In this document: piece by piece, positions 30,360-39,565 of the stretch
Layout of the letters: every line of letters starts with the position of its first letter
Position numbering within the stretch: position 1 is the stretch's first letter
Assembly: GCF_003130405.1 (NCBI RefSeq)
Contig: NZ_QEAS01000001.1
Span: 111,276 to 175,275 of the forward strand
DNA length: 64,000 nucleotides
Reading direction: 5' to 3'
DNA from: Pararcticibacter amylolyticus
GTDB taxonomy: Bacteria; Bacteroidota; Bacteroidia; Sphingobacteriales; Sphingobacteriaceae
Translations under genes and position numbers: made by a program
Notes under the pieces: generated by a model
The model's database searches: none
What the model saw: the letters and a program-made list of their open reading frames with translations, nothing else
Told to the model about the DNA's origin: nothing

Positions 30360-31385
30360 TCATTTCATACCGAACACTTTATCCAGGAAGGACGAGATGT
30401 AGTTCAAAGTGGGGTCAAACCAGGGCTCAAACAAACAAAACGTATGAGGAGAATCCGGAAATGACTGCACTTCTGAGTACACATTAAAGGACTGCAATAT
30501 TTTGCGGAAATCGTCACGTCCGGCATGCATCCGGTCGACCGAACTATTGATAAAAAGAAAAGGAGGGCTGGGCTTTCCCGCATGCGTTAAAGGAGAAGCA
30601 TCTTTCCAGAGCTCCGGCTTTTCTGCCTTCTTATAGCCGAACCAGTAAGTAGCAGCCGAAATAGATTTAGTATCATCTCCTTCGCCTGATTCGGGATGAA
30701 CAAAAGAGAGTGTTCCGTCAATATCGACGACGGCATTCACGCCGGCTGGAACCTTTTTATTCCCGTCAGGGTTTTCGAACCGCTTATCAGCGTTGGTAAC
30801 CCCCAGAAAGGCAGCCAGCTCTCCACCTGCTGAAAAACCTAATGCTGCTATTTTTTCCGGGTTAATATGATATTTCCGCGAATTCTTCCTGATCCAGCGT
30901 ACTGCCTCTTTCAGATCGTAAACAGCAGCGGGATAACGGGCCACGGTCGAAAGACGGTAATCTGCTGTAAAACATGCTACGCCTGTAGCCGCAAGCCTTT
31001 GCGCAAGAGGAATATGCTGGCTCCTGTTTCCGCTTCTCCATCCGCCGCCGTGGATAATTAAGACGGCGGGAATTCCTCCTGCCTTTCTTCCCCCTGCGGG
31101 ATAAAAAGCATCCAGCCGAAGCTCTATACCTCCAGTCCTGAAATATACTATATTCCTTTCTTCCTTTACATCCGCGGAAGGCTGCTCTTCCACCAGTCTG
31201 ATCTGAGGATACTTTTTCTTTGCTGATTTAAATGCACTGTAGTTGGTAAAGCTGGTATCCGGCTTACCTGTTAAACCGGCAGTCATCTGCGCCTTCACCA
31301 CGGGAGCCAGCAGGTAAAATCCCAAAAAAAGACAGAACAGTTTCATTCGTTTACCAGCCGGAAATATCTTCATAATAAGCAACAT
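30360..31385 (-). CDS. Alpha/beta-hydrolase-fold esterase/lipase
   Basis: A signal peptide, an HGGGW oxyanion motif, a GFSAGG nucleophile elbow and a C-terminal His region. Confidence 0.75.
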   Translation of the reverse strand: MLLIMKIFPAGKRMKLFCLFLGFYLLAPVVKAQMTAGLTGKPDTSFTNYSAFKSAKKKYPQIRLVEEQPSADVKEERNIVYFRTGGIELRLDAFYPAGGRKAGGIPAVLIIHGGGWRSGNRSQHIPLAQRLAATGVACFTADYRLSTVARYPAAVYDLKEAVRWIRKNSRKYHINPEKIAALGFSAGGELAAFLGVTNADKRFENPDGNKKVPAGVNAVVDIDGTLSFVHPESGEGDDTKSISAATYWFGYKKAEKPELWKDASPLTHAGKPSPPFLFINSSVDRMHAGRDDFRKILQSFNVYSEVQSFPDSPHTFCLFEPWFDPTLNYISSFLDKVFGMK

Positions 31386-31467
31386 TATACGTGTATGGCG
31401 CGCAAAGGCATTTTTTAGTCTTTAAATTGAAAGATTTAATATCTTAGCAATTCAGTTTTTAACAGGC

Positions 31468-32064
31468 ATGCAATTTAAAGAGGCGGAGGCATTTATTCTA
31501 AATAAGCTGAAAAATGAGCTCTCCGGTCATTTGACTTATCACAATGCCGGCCATACAGAAGACGTGGTCAGTGCAGTGAAAATGATCGGAAGAGGGGAGG
31601 GACTCGATGAGACCGAAATCTCCCTGCTTCAGGCAGCCGCTCTTTTTCATGATACAGGATTCTTATCCGGCCCGGAAAATCATGAAGAAAAATCCTGTAG
31701 TCTTGCAAAAGACATGCTGCCTGCTTTCGGATATCCCCCGGCAGATATTGAAACTATCTGCAGGCTGATTATGGCAACAAAGGTTCCGCAAAAACCCGGA
31801 GATCTGCTTTCGGAGATTATCTGTGATGCTGATCTGGATTACCTGGGAAGAGACGACTTTTTCATTATTTCTGAAAGGCTTTACGAGGAACTTCGCAGCA
31901 TTAACCCGCGGCTTACCCGGCAGCAATGGGATCTTCAGCAGATCAGCTTTCTAAGGAAACACCACTATTTTACCAGGACATCCATACAACAGAGGGAAGA
32001 AAAAAAAACAGCACATCTCAACTTATTAAAATCAAAAACACCAAACACAATCAATGAAAGATAA
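31468..32064 (+). CDS. HD-domain phosphohydrolase
   Basis: H...HD metal-binding motif (HNAGHTEDV ... AALFHDTGF ... D). Confidence 0.7.
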   Translation: MQFKEAEAFILNKLKNELSGHLTYHNAGHTEDVVSAVKMIGRGEGLDETEISLLQAAALFHDTGFLSGPENHEEKSCSLAKDMLPAFGYPPADIETICRLIMATKVPQKPGDLLSEIICDADLDYLGRDDFFIISERLYEELRSINPRLTRQQWDLQQISFLRKHHYFTRTSIQQREEKKTAHLNLLKSKTPNTINER

Positions 32065-32929
32065 CGGCCGCCGCTTTTCGCCAGTCATAACAGACTTCAT
32101 TTATGCTATCTCGGGTATATTATTTTGTGGATTTGCTTTACAGGGCTTCCTGGTACCGAATAAGTTCTTCGACGGAGGTGTCACCGGAATATCTCTTTTG
32201 ATCCATGAGTTGTACCACATTAATATCGCGATAGTAATAGTCATTGCCAACCTTCCTTTTATTGTAGCTGCTGCATTCCAGGTAAACAGAAAATTTGCGT
32301 TGAAAACGCTTGCCTGTGTCATTGGACTTGGGATCTGTCTCCTTGTAGTACCTTACCCGGTTATTACATCCGACAAATTACTGATCTCGATCTTCGGAGG
32401 CGTCTTTATGGGAATCGGCGTCGGACTGTGCATGCGCGGAGGCTTTGCTCTTGATGGTATTGAGGTACTGGCCCTTTATACATTGAAAAGAAGCAGCTTT
32501 ACCATCAGCGAAATTATCCTGGGAATAAATATCATCATCTTCCTGATTGCAGCAGTGCATCTGGGTCTTCCGACTGCCCTGTATTCAGTCCTCACTTATT
32601 ACACGGCTTCGCGAACGATAAATTTTGTTATCGAAGGTCTTGAAGAATACACCGGCGTTACTATTATATCAGGAGAAAGTGAGAACATAAAACAACGGCT
32701 GGTCCTTGAAATGGGAAAAGGGATAACGGTTTATAAGGGAGAAAGAGGGTTTCTGAAAGAAACCTACAACATCAGTCAGCCCTGTGATATCGTGTTCACG
32801 GTTGTAACGCGGCTTGAAGTACGCAGGCTGAGAAACCTGGTACATAAAGTAGATCCCAAGGCGTTCGTGTTTACCAATACCATAAAAGAAGCTGCTGGCG
32901 GGGTGCTGACCAGGAAAGAAAGACATTAG
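32054..32929 (+). CDS. YitT-family membrane protein (DUF161 and DUF2179)
   Basis: A polytopic N-terminus followed by a C-terminal soluble DUF2179-like domain. It overlaps the HD gene by 11 bp. Confidence 0.65.
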   Translation: MKDNGRRFSPVITDFIYAISGILFCGFALQGFLVPNKFFDGGVTGISLLIHELYHINIAIVIVIANLPFIVAAAFQVNRKFALKTLACVIGLGICLLVVPYPVITSDKLLISIFGGVFMGIGVGLCMRGGFALDGIEVLALYTLKRSSFTISEIILGINIIIFLIAAVHLGLPTALYSVLTYYTASRTINFVIEGLEEYTGVTIISGESENIKQRLVLEMGKGITVYKGERGFLKETYNISQPCDIVFTVVTRLEVRRLRNLVHKVDPKAFVFTNTIKEAAGGVLTRKERH

Positions 32930-32950
32930 CAGGTGATTCACGCGCTAAAA

Positions 32951-33994
32951 TTATTCGAGCACCTCGTAGATCATCACCGGAGCGCTTTTGTTCTTCAGAA
33001 CAACCTCTCCAACCTCGTTACATTTGAACGACTCGTTTACCTGGCGATAAACCTTTTCGCTTATCACGATCTGTCCGGCCCGCGCTGCCGACTGAAGCCG
33101 CTGTGCCACATTAACAGCATCTCCAATGACGGTATAATCCAGCCGCTTGAGGGAGGCCGACCCTATATTTCCCGATATCATTTCTCCGGAATTGATACCG
33201 ATCGAAACCGCCGCTTTAAACTTCTTATCCCCGTAAGATATCTCTTCTGCGTTTTTCAACTGGTCTCTTACAGATAATGCAGCTTCAATTGCCCTGTCAA
33301 GATGATATTCTCCGCGGAATATCGCCATCACTGCATCACCGATAAATTTGTCTACCTGCCCTGACTGAGCAATTATTTCCTTTACAATCAAATCAAAATA
33401 GCGATTTACCAATTCTACTACCGTATTGGCCGGGACATTCTCTGTGATCGCTGTAAAGCCGCAGATATCTACAAACATTACAGAAGCTTCAATACTCTCA
33501 TTTGAAAGCAGGGAATTCTCAAATTCTCTATGGGTCATAAAGCTAAGGACATTCTCGTCGACATACATTCTGAGAATATTGTTTTCTCTTATAGCCTCTA
33601 TTGTTTGTCTTAACTGGTTCACATGCTGAACCGTCTTTTCCATGGTCACCTCCAGATCGTCAAAATTGACCGGTTTGCAGATAAAATCGTAGGCACCCCG
33701 GTTCATTGCTGTACGGATGTTTTCCATATCTCCATATGCGGATACCATTACAGCCTTTGTGAACGGACTTGCTTCGGGTAATTTAGTAAGCAGGGTGAGG
33801 CCGTCCATTTCCGGCATGTTGATATCACTGAGAATAATATCGATATCCGGATGCTCTTTCAGTGCACTCAGGGCTTCCACCCCATTGTTTGCAAAAACAA
33901 AGTCGTATACCTTCTCTCTTATCTTTCGCCTGAACTTCTGTTTAATAAGAAGTTCGAGATCTGTTTCATCGTCTACCACTAATATTTTAGCCAT
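32951..33994 (-). CDS. Response-regulator receiver fused to a class III adenylate/guanylate cyclase catalytic domain
   Basis: An N-terminal REC (ILVVDDE ... [10 protein letters not shown]) and a C-terminal CHD domain with the [12 protein letters not shown] and GDAVMAIF motifs. Confidence 0.8.
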   Translation of the reverse strand: MAKILVVDDETDLELLIKQKFRRKIREKVYDFVFANNGVEALSALKEHPDIDIILSDINMPEMDGLTLLTKLPEASPFTKAVMVSAYGDMENIRTAMNRGAYDFICKPVNFDDLEVTMEKTVQHVNQLRQTIEAIRENNILRMYVDENVLSFMTHREFENSLLSNESIEASVMFVDICGFTAITENVPANTVVELVNRYFDLIVKEIIAQSGQVDKFIGDAVMAIFRGEYHLDRAIEAALSVRDQLKNAEEISYGDKKFKAAVSIGINSGEMISGNIGSASLKRLDYTVIGDAVNVAQRLQSAARAGQIVISEKVYRQVNESFKCNEVGEVVLKNKSAPVMIYEVLE

Positions 33995-34370
33995 TATATT
34001 CTATATTCCTTATTTTCTCCTTCAGTTTATTAAAATCAAGCGGTTTGGTAAGAAAATCGTCAGCACCCAAATCCAGCGCCCGCTGAAGGTTTTCGGGGTC
34101 GCCGTATGCTGTGATCATCATCACGAGGGGAGGTGCCAGAGGATGCTGTTCCCTTATATTCTGCAATAGCTCAAGACCGCTCATGCCGGGCATATTGATG
34201 TCCGACAGAATCAATACAACTTCTGAAATGCCTGTGGTAAGAAAAGACAGGGCATCCTCACCGGAGAGTGCAAAGTTCAACTCCACCTCTCCTTTTCGTA
34301 TTTCTTTCCTGAACAATTGCGTAAAAAGAGGTTGCACATCGGCCTCGTCATCAACTACCAGTATCTTCAT
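33987..34370 (-). CDS. Single-domain (CheY-like) response regulator
   Basis: 127 aa containing only a REC domain (ILVVDDEAD ... [13 protein letters not shown] ... K). It overlaps the downstream cyclase gene by 8 bp. Confidence 0.8.
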   Translation of the reverse strand: MKILVVDDEADVQPLFTQLFRKEIRKGEVELNFALSGEDALSFLTTGISEVVLILSDINMPGMSGLELLQNIREQHPLAPPLVMMITAYGDPENLQRALDLGADDFLTKPLDFNKLKEKIRNIEYNG

Positions 34371-34387
34371 GTTCCTTTTAATTGTTT

Positions 34388-35764
34388 TTAAGCCAGCGGA
34401 AGCAGGATGGTAAACTCTGCAAATTCACCTTCTTTCGAGTCGACCTTCATCTCGCCGTTATGTCCTTTTGTGATGATATCATAGCTAATAGAAAGCCCAA
34501 GACCGGTGCCCTGTCCAGCAGGCTTTGTGGTGAAGAAAGGTTGATACAACTTTTCCAGCACAGTTTCGGGAATACCCATCCCATTGTCCCTGATCACTAA
34601 TTCCAGCATTTCCGTCCCATTTTCCGAAACGATCTTCCGGCTCGACACCCACACAGCAGGGCCGTACGTCTCCGGCTGTATCTTTTTCTTTTCTGATACA
34701 GAATAGAAAGCATTGTTAAATATATTAAGCAATACCCTCCCTATATCCTGCGGTACGGCTTCAACCATTCCTACCGAGGGATCCAGATCGGTATGCATAG
34801 CCGAATTAAAGGATTTATCTTTTGCCCTGAGGCCATGATAACTTAATCTCAAATATTCATCCGCAAGGGCATTAATATCAGTCGGTTCCTTCTTCCCTGT
34901 ATTAGTCCGGGAGTGCATAAGCATTCCCTTTACTATACCGTCAGCCCTTTTCCCATGGAAAACTATTTTGCTGAGATTCTGCTTCAGATCCTGGAGGATT
35001 TCATCGGCATATTCTTTATCGCTCTCAGAGATATTTTGTAAAGGCCCTGCTTTTAACTCCTCCAGAAGTTCTGCACTCACTTCCGCAAAATTGTTAACGA
35101 AATTCAGGGGATTTTGTATCTCATGGGCTATTCCTGCTGTTAGCTCTCCTAACGAAGCAAGTTTCTCCTGTTGTACCAATTGAGTTTGCGTCGCCTGCAG
35201 CTGCAGCACTATTTTTTCAAGCTCTTCCTTTTGTGCAAGAAGCTCGCCGGTTCGCTCCTGCACCTCAATCTCCAGTGCGGCTTTCCGCTCCGCAATGATC
35301 CTGTTCTGCGCATCTTCAGCCAATCTCCTGAGGAGTTCCTGTTCCTGCGCTTTCTGCTGTTTCCGGATAATAAACACAAACGCCAGCAACCAGACAACCG
35401 CAAAGAACGTTGCTGCTGAAAAGTAGTCATCCCATCTTTCATAAAAATCCCGGTTAAGCAATTTAACAGAGTCTTCAACCAGGGCAACGAAAAACATCGG
35501 TAAGACAGCAACAATTACCGGCCTGGCCTTTCTGAACTCATGTACCTTCAGTACAGCACCGATACTGACGAACAGAAGAAAATTCCAGATCCAGTTAAAC
35601 CAGGGTCTTGAAGACGTAACTGCTTCAACAACCAGCAATGCAACAATAATAAACTGAACAATCAGGAAGATATCTTTCCATTTCGGATAAACGGAAGATC
35701 CTTTCAGTTTCTTATTGAGGTATTGAACAAGAAATAAGATTGTCAGAAAAGGGAATAGCGACAT
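34388..35764 (-). CDS. Membrane-bound sensor histidine kinase
   Basis: Four TM helices at the N-terminus, then a coiled-coil, an H-box GIAHEIQNPLNFV and an HATPase domain (GTGLGLSIS). Confidence 0.8.
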   Translation of the reverse strand: MSLFPFLTILFLVQYLNKKLKGSSVYPKWKDIFLIVQFIIVALLVVEAVTSSRPWFNWIWNFLLFVSIGAVLKVHEFRKARPVIVAVLPMFFVALVEDSVKLLNRDFYERWDDYFSAATFFAVVWLLAFVFIIRKQQKAQEQELLRRLAEDAQNRIIAERKAALEIEVQERTGELLAQKEELEKIVLQLQATQTQLVQQEKLASLGELTAGIAHEIQNPLNFVNNFAEVSAELLEELKAGPLQNISESDKEYADEILQDLKQNLSKIVFHGKRADGIVKGMLMHSRTNTGKKEPTDINALADEYLRLSYHGLRAKDKSFNSAMHTDLDPSVGMVEAVPQDIGRVLLNIFNNAFYSVSEKKKIQPETYGPAVWVSSRKIVSENGTEMLELVIRDNGMGIPETVLEKLYQPFFTTKPAGQGTGLGLSISYDIITKGHNGEMKVDSKEGEFAEFTILLPLA

Positions 35765-35910
35765 GGATCTAAAAGTAATTAAAATCTCCTTTCAAACTAT
35801 CCTTTTCTTTCAAAGAAGTATAACAGAAAGCAATTTACCCGGGAATGGTATGCCTTTTTCCTGATAAGGTATGGATGCCTCCGGCAGAATGGAGACATCC
35901 AGTGTAAAAA

Positions 35911-36321
35911 TCAAATCAGCTTGGCTTCAGAACTAATTTCCGTATCCAAAAGTTTTGAAATAGGGCAATTTTCTTCAGCATCTTTTACTGCTTCCTGGAA
36001 TTGCTCCTCCGTGATATCCGGAACTTTCCCTTCTACAATCAGATGAGATTTGGTAACCGCGCCATTTTCAAAAGTGATCTTACAGGTTGTAGTCAGCTGG
36101 TCGGCTGTAAAACCTTTTTCATTCAGAACAAAACTTAACTTCATAGTAAAACATCCGGCATGCGCTGCAGCCACCAACTCTTCCGGGTTGGTCCCGATAC
36201 CCTCCGCAAAGCGGGAGTTAAAAGAATACTGCGTGTTGTTTAATACCGTACTTTGAGTACTCAAATGTCCGTTTCCATCCTTTCCGGATCCGTTCCAGAC
36301 AGCAGTTGCATTTCTGATCAT
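35911..36321 (-). CDS. OsmC/Ohr-family peroxiredoxin-like protein
   Basis: 136 aa with an OsmC fold signature and paired Cys (AHAGCFTM ... EENCPI). Confidence 0.8.
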   Translation of the reverse strand: MIRNATAVWNGSGKDGNGHLSTQSTVLNNTQYSFNSRFAEGIGTNPEELVAAAHAGCFTMKLSFVLNEKGFTADQLTTTCKITFENGAVTKSHLIVEGKVPDITEEQFQEAVKDAEENCPISKLLDTEISSEAKLI

Positions 36322-36413
36322 GATTTAATTAGTTTTTACGGGTATTTTCCCTCTGTTTCAACCTTAGCAAAACAAAGGAGTATAGCTTTAGTTTTTTTAC
36401 AACATCTAAAACA

Positions 36414-36566
36414 ATGAAAGACACCAATCAAATTATCGGTCTTGTGGCTGGTATCTTTACCTCTTTTTCTTGTCATGCTAACCGGCAACTCATTATAGAC
36501 ATATTATGGTTTCCAGAAGGACGATGTCCCGATCATCCTCACGAACATTTTCCCTGCACTTCTTAA
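36414..36566 (+). CDS. Hypothetical 50-aa protein with an N-terminal TM helix and a Cys/His-rich tail
   Basis: MKDTNQIIGLVAGIFTSFSCHANRQLIIDILWFPEGRCPDHPHEHFPCTS. It lies in an otherwise non-coding, AT-rich gap. No homology could be assessed. Confidence 0.2.
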   Translation: MKDTNQIIGLVAGIFTSFSCHANRQLIIDILWFPEGRCPDHPHEHFPCTS

Positions 36567-36783
36567 TGGATCTATGCTACTTTTAACATTCAAATACAGA
36601 AAAAAATTAAAAAATACACCACAGTAGGCTATTCATCAACTATAAAACACAAAATTTTAAATAAAAATTAAAGAAAAAGAGTCAAAAATGAACTTAACCC
36701 ATAAAATACACATCTAAATTGCCGAAAAAAACCACATATGTTGTAAAAAATTAAATTAAAATCAATTTTTATTAAAAAATTAC

Positions 36784-36814
36784 TTGACAAAACAATAATT
36801 AACTACTATATTTG
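36784..36814 (+). promoter_or_regulatory. Bacteroidetes-type sigma-A promoter (TTG ... TAnnTTTG)
   Basis: A TTGACA -33 element (36784..36789), a 20 nt spacer, and TATATTTG matching the -7 consensus TAnnTTTG (36807..36814). It lies in a very AT-rich intergenic region. Confidence 0.4.
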
Positions 36815-36833
36815 TATCAACAAAGAAAAAAAC

Positions 36834-36899
36834 TACAGGAAGATATTAAATCAGGTGAAGCAAAAGCTTCGGAGGTTCGAATCCTTCTCCTGCAACTCC
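36834..36899 (+). ncRNA. tRNA-like minihelix or truncated tRNA pseudogene (acceptor stem plus T-arm only)
   Basis: Canonical T-arm GGAGG-TTCGAAT-CCTTC (T-loop GGTTCGAATCC) followed by the acceptor 3' strand TCCTGCA and a discriminator A. Upstream TACAGGA pairs with it at 6 of 7 positions. The intervening approximately 30 nt cannot form D or anticodon arms, and no CCA is encoded. It sits about 20 nt downstream of the promoter above and about 40 nt upstream of a weak hairpin plus T-run. Confidence 0.3.
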
Positions 36900-37172
36900 T
36901 TTCAATAATTTAGGTTTATAATTGGTTAGTTTGAGCTCCTGCCCATCAGGGGCTTAATTTTTAAACTGCCAGATCATTTAAACGCGAGCTTGCTACAACT
37001 GATTTAATCTGCGTTTTATTTTTAATGTATTTTACCTCCAGGTCAAATGCATTCAGCCAGCTTAATACCAGAATCAGAGACTGCACATAACACCTTTCGC
37101 AACCCAATTTCCACACAACGGCGTTAATTAATATTTGCTCCTTTGTAAAAATTTGCTTTTCTTGTTGAAATT

Positions 37173-38291
37173 TTGGCAATGAAAAAAAAGAAACAATACA
37201 AGTTTAATAATTTCTTCACAAAGACTATCACCATCCTGACAGTTATTGCTGCCATTGCACTGATAGTAAGCGATTTCGCAGGAAACATCGATCCTAATAC
37301 TTTCTGGATTCCCGCTTTCGCCGGACTGGCTTATGTGCCTCTTTTCCTGGTGAATTTTGCATTTCTCATTTTGAATATTATCCGGCGCAATAAATGGATT
37401 AGCCTGGCACCCTTACTGGCCTTGCTGCTGGGCTGGAATATTGCGTCGGACACCTTCAGTTTAAAACCGTCTTCGCCACTGGCAGCAAAAGCATCCCCGG
37501 GTGCATTGAGGCTTCTTACCTGGAACATTCATTATTTTCAGGATATTTATGATAGTCCCGCTGAAGAATCCCAGGCCAGTATGTTATCATTAATAAAATC
37601 GTCAGCAGCTGATGTCGTTTGCCTTGAGGAGTTTGCCATCATTTCAGGAGACACTACGAAAGGAATAGGCACCATAAAAAAACACCTTCAGACCCCTTAT
37701 TCGTTCTTTCAGCCACTGGAAGCGCCCGACAGGGGAATGGCTATTTTTTCAAAATACCCTATTACCGGAAAAGGTATGATTGCTTTTTCAGATCAGCCCA
37801 GTGGGAATCAATGTATATTTGCCGATATCCTGATAGACGGGAAAACAGTCAGAGTCTACGCCGTCCACCTCGAATCTATCAGGCTGCGTAACGAGCAGCT
37901 TAATTATATAAGCAGTCTTGTGAAGGGCAAAGAAGACAACATCAGGCCCTCTAAAAGAATTGCAGGACAAGTAAAACGCGCATTTTTAGCCAGGAGCGAG
38001 CAGGTAAAATTAGTTAAAGATGATGCGGCAAAATGCCCTTATCCTTATCTCATATGCGGCGATTTTAATGACCCACCTTCCTCATTTGCATTCCGGCAAA
38101 TGGCCCGGGGCATGAAAAGTGCATTCGCTGAGAAAGGAAGCGGCTTTTTTCCGGTGACTTATTACAGGGGATTGTTAAAATACCAAATCGATCATATCCT
38201 GGCGAGCTCACAGTTTAACATACGCTATCATCATATTATCGCTCAGAAGCTCTCTGACCACTATCCTGTTCTGGCCGATACCGAATTATAA
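37173..38291 (+). CDS. Endonuclease/exonuclease/phosphatase (EEP) family membrane-anchored protein
   Basis: N-terminal TM helices, then an EEP fold with LRLLTWNIHY ... D ... H motifs at the C-terminus (SDHYPVLADTEL). Confidence 0.7.
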   Translation: MAMKKKKQYKFNNFFTKTITILTVIAAIALIVSDFAGNIDPNTFWIPAFAGLAYVPLFLVNFAFLILNIIRRNKWISLAPLLALLLGWNIASDTFSLKPSSPLAAKASPGALRLLTWNIHYFQDIYDSPAEESQASMLSLIKSSAADVVCLEEFAIISGDTTKGIGTIKKHLQTPYSFFQPLEAPDRGMAIFSKYPITGKGMIAFSDQPSGNQCIFADILIDGKTVRVYAVHLESIRLRNEQLNYISSLVKGKEDNIRPSKRIAGQVKRAFLARSEQVKLVKDDAAKCPYPYLICGDFNDPPSSFAFRQMARGMKSAFAEKGSGFFPVTYYRGLLKYQIDHILASSQFNIRYHHIIAQKLSDHYPVLADTEL

Positions 38292-38356
38292 CCGCAAAAC
38301 TTTTTCAGTGTAAATGATTTTTCTTACATTTGTACTGTAATAATAAATATTACAGT

Positions 38357-38764
38357 ATGAACAATGTAAGATTTGCGACATCTCTTCACATCCTGACGCT
38401 TCTGACTTATATGAAAGACGAGCTCCTTTCGTCTGAATTTATTGCAGGAAGCATCAATATCAATCCTGCTGTTGTGAGAAAAGAGATCAGCAACCTGCGA
38501 AACAATGGACTGATTGAAAGCAAAGAAGGAAAAGGGGGCGGGTCGCGGCTGGCAAAACCAGCATCAGAGATCCGGATTGCCGACATTTATAAAGCGGTGA
38601 AGCCGGCAAGTGTCTTGGGAAAATCCAACACTCCTAATCCCGCATGTCCTATCGGAAAAGACATTAACCAACATATTGATAATTTATACCAGGACACAGA
38701 GAACTTCCTTCTCAAAAAACTTGAAAACATGACGCTGGAGAAATTTACAAAGAAGTTCAGTTGA
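38357..38764 (+). CDS. Rrf2-family transcriptional regulator
   Basis: A winged-helix N-terminus typical of Rrf2/BadM (MNNVRFATSLHILTLL ... GLIESKEGKGGGSRLAKP). The start was chosen at the internal Met. Confidence 0.7.
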   Translation: MNNVRFATSLHILTLLTYMKDELLSSEFIAGSININPAVVRKEISNLRNNGLIESKEGKGGGSRLAKPASEIRIADIYKAVKPASVLGKSNTPNPACPIGKDINQHIDNLYQDTENFLLKKLENMTLEKFTKKFS

Positions 38765-38824
38765 TTTTTTTTAATCAAAACTGTAACTTAACTCATTACA
38801 GACAACACATAAAATAACACAAAA

Positions 38825-39469
38825 ATGAAAGTAGCATTAATTGGTGCCGGATTTGTAGGCACACAACTCATCAGGGAATTAACCAGCAGGGGACATCAGG
38901 TAACAGTACTGGTCAGAAACACAGAAAAAATCGAAGCGGCAAACGGAGTTGAGGCCGTCAAATCTGACGTACTCCACGATCAGGAACTGGCAGAGAAACT
39001 AAAAGGCCATGATGCGGTCATAAATGCATTTAATGCCGGATGGACCAATCCCAATCTCTACAATGACTTCATGGAAGGTTCTCAAGCTATCCAGAAAGCT
39101 GTAAAAGAGTCGGGGGTAAAGCGTTTTATCACGATCGGCGGGGCCGGCAGCCTTTATATCGGCGAGCAGCAACTTGTTGACAGCCCTGATTTTCCTGAAG
39201 CATACAAAGCCGGCGCCACTGCGGCACGCGACTATTTAAATATCATCAGAAAAGAAGAAGCACTCGACTGGACCTTCTTTAGCCCGGCAATCGAGATGCA
39301 CCAGGGAACATCAGGTGTAAGAACGGGAAATTATCGCACTGGAACTGAAAACCCGGTTTTCAATAAAGAAGGAAGAAGTATCATGTCTGCAGAAGATGTG
39401 GCAGTAGTAATTGCAGATGAACTGGAAAATCCAAAGTTCATACGCCAAAGGTTTACTGCTGCATACTAA
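38825..39469 (+). CDS. NAD(P)H-binding (NmrA/SDR-like) protein, putative NADH-flavin reductase
   Basis: A Rossmann motif MKVALIGAGFVGTQL in a protein of about 214 aa. Confidence 0.7.
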   Translation: MKVALIGAGFVGTQLIRELTSRGHQVTVLVRNTEKIEAANGVEAVKSDVLHDQELAEKLKGHDAVINAFNAGWTNPNLYNDFMEGSQAIQKAVKESGVKRFITIGGAGSLYIGEQQLVDSPDFPEAYKAGATAARDYLNIIRKEEALDWTFFSPAIEMHQGTSGVRTGNYRTGTENPVFNKEGRSIMSAEDVAVVIADELENPKFIRQRFTAAY

Positions 39470-39565
39470 GAACTTAACACACAGGGCGCAGGATCCGATA
39501 GCGCCCTGTTACAAGGAATGCGGAAAATAAGAACAGCCGGAGCTCCTGAACCGGGAGCCCCGTTC

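Noticed and set aside
36834-36899. A complete tRNA gene
   Set aside because: The T-arm and acceptor stem are present, but the approximately 30 nt between them cannot form D and anticodon arms and no CCA is encoded. It is called only a tRNA-like element or fragment.
36961-37179. 72-aa minus-strand ORF in the AT-rich gap
   Set aside because: It overlaps the weak terminator and the start of the EEP gene. Its AT-rich codon usage has no recognisable features, so it is probably spurious.
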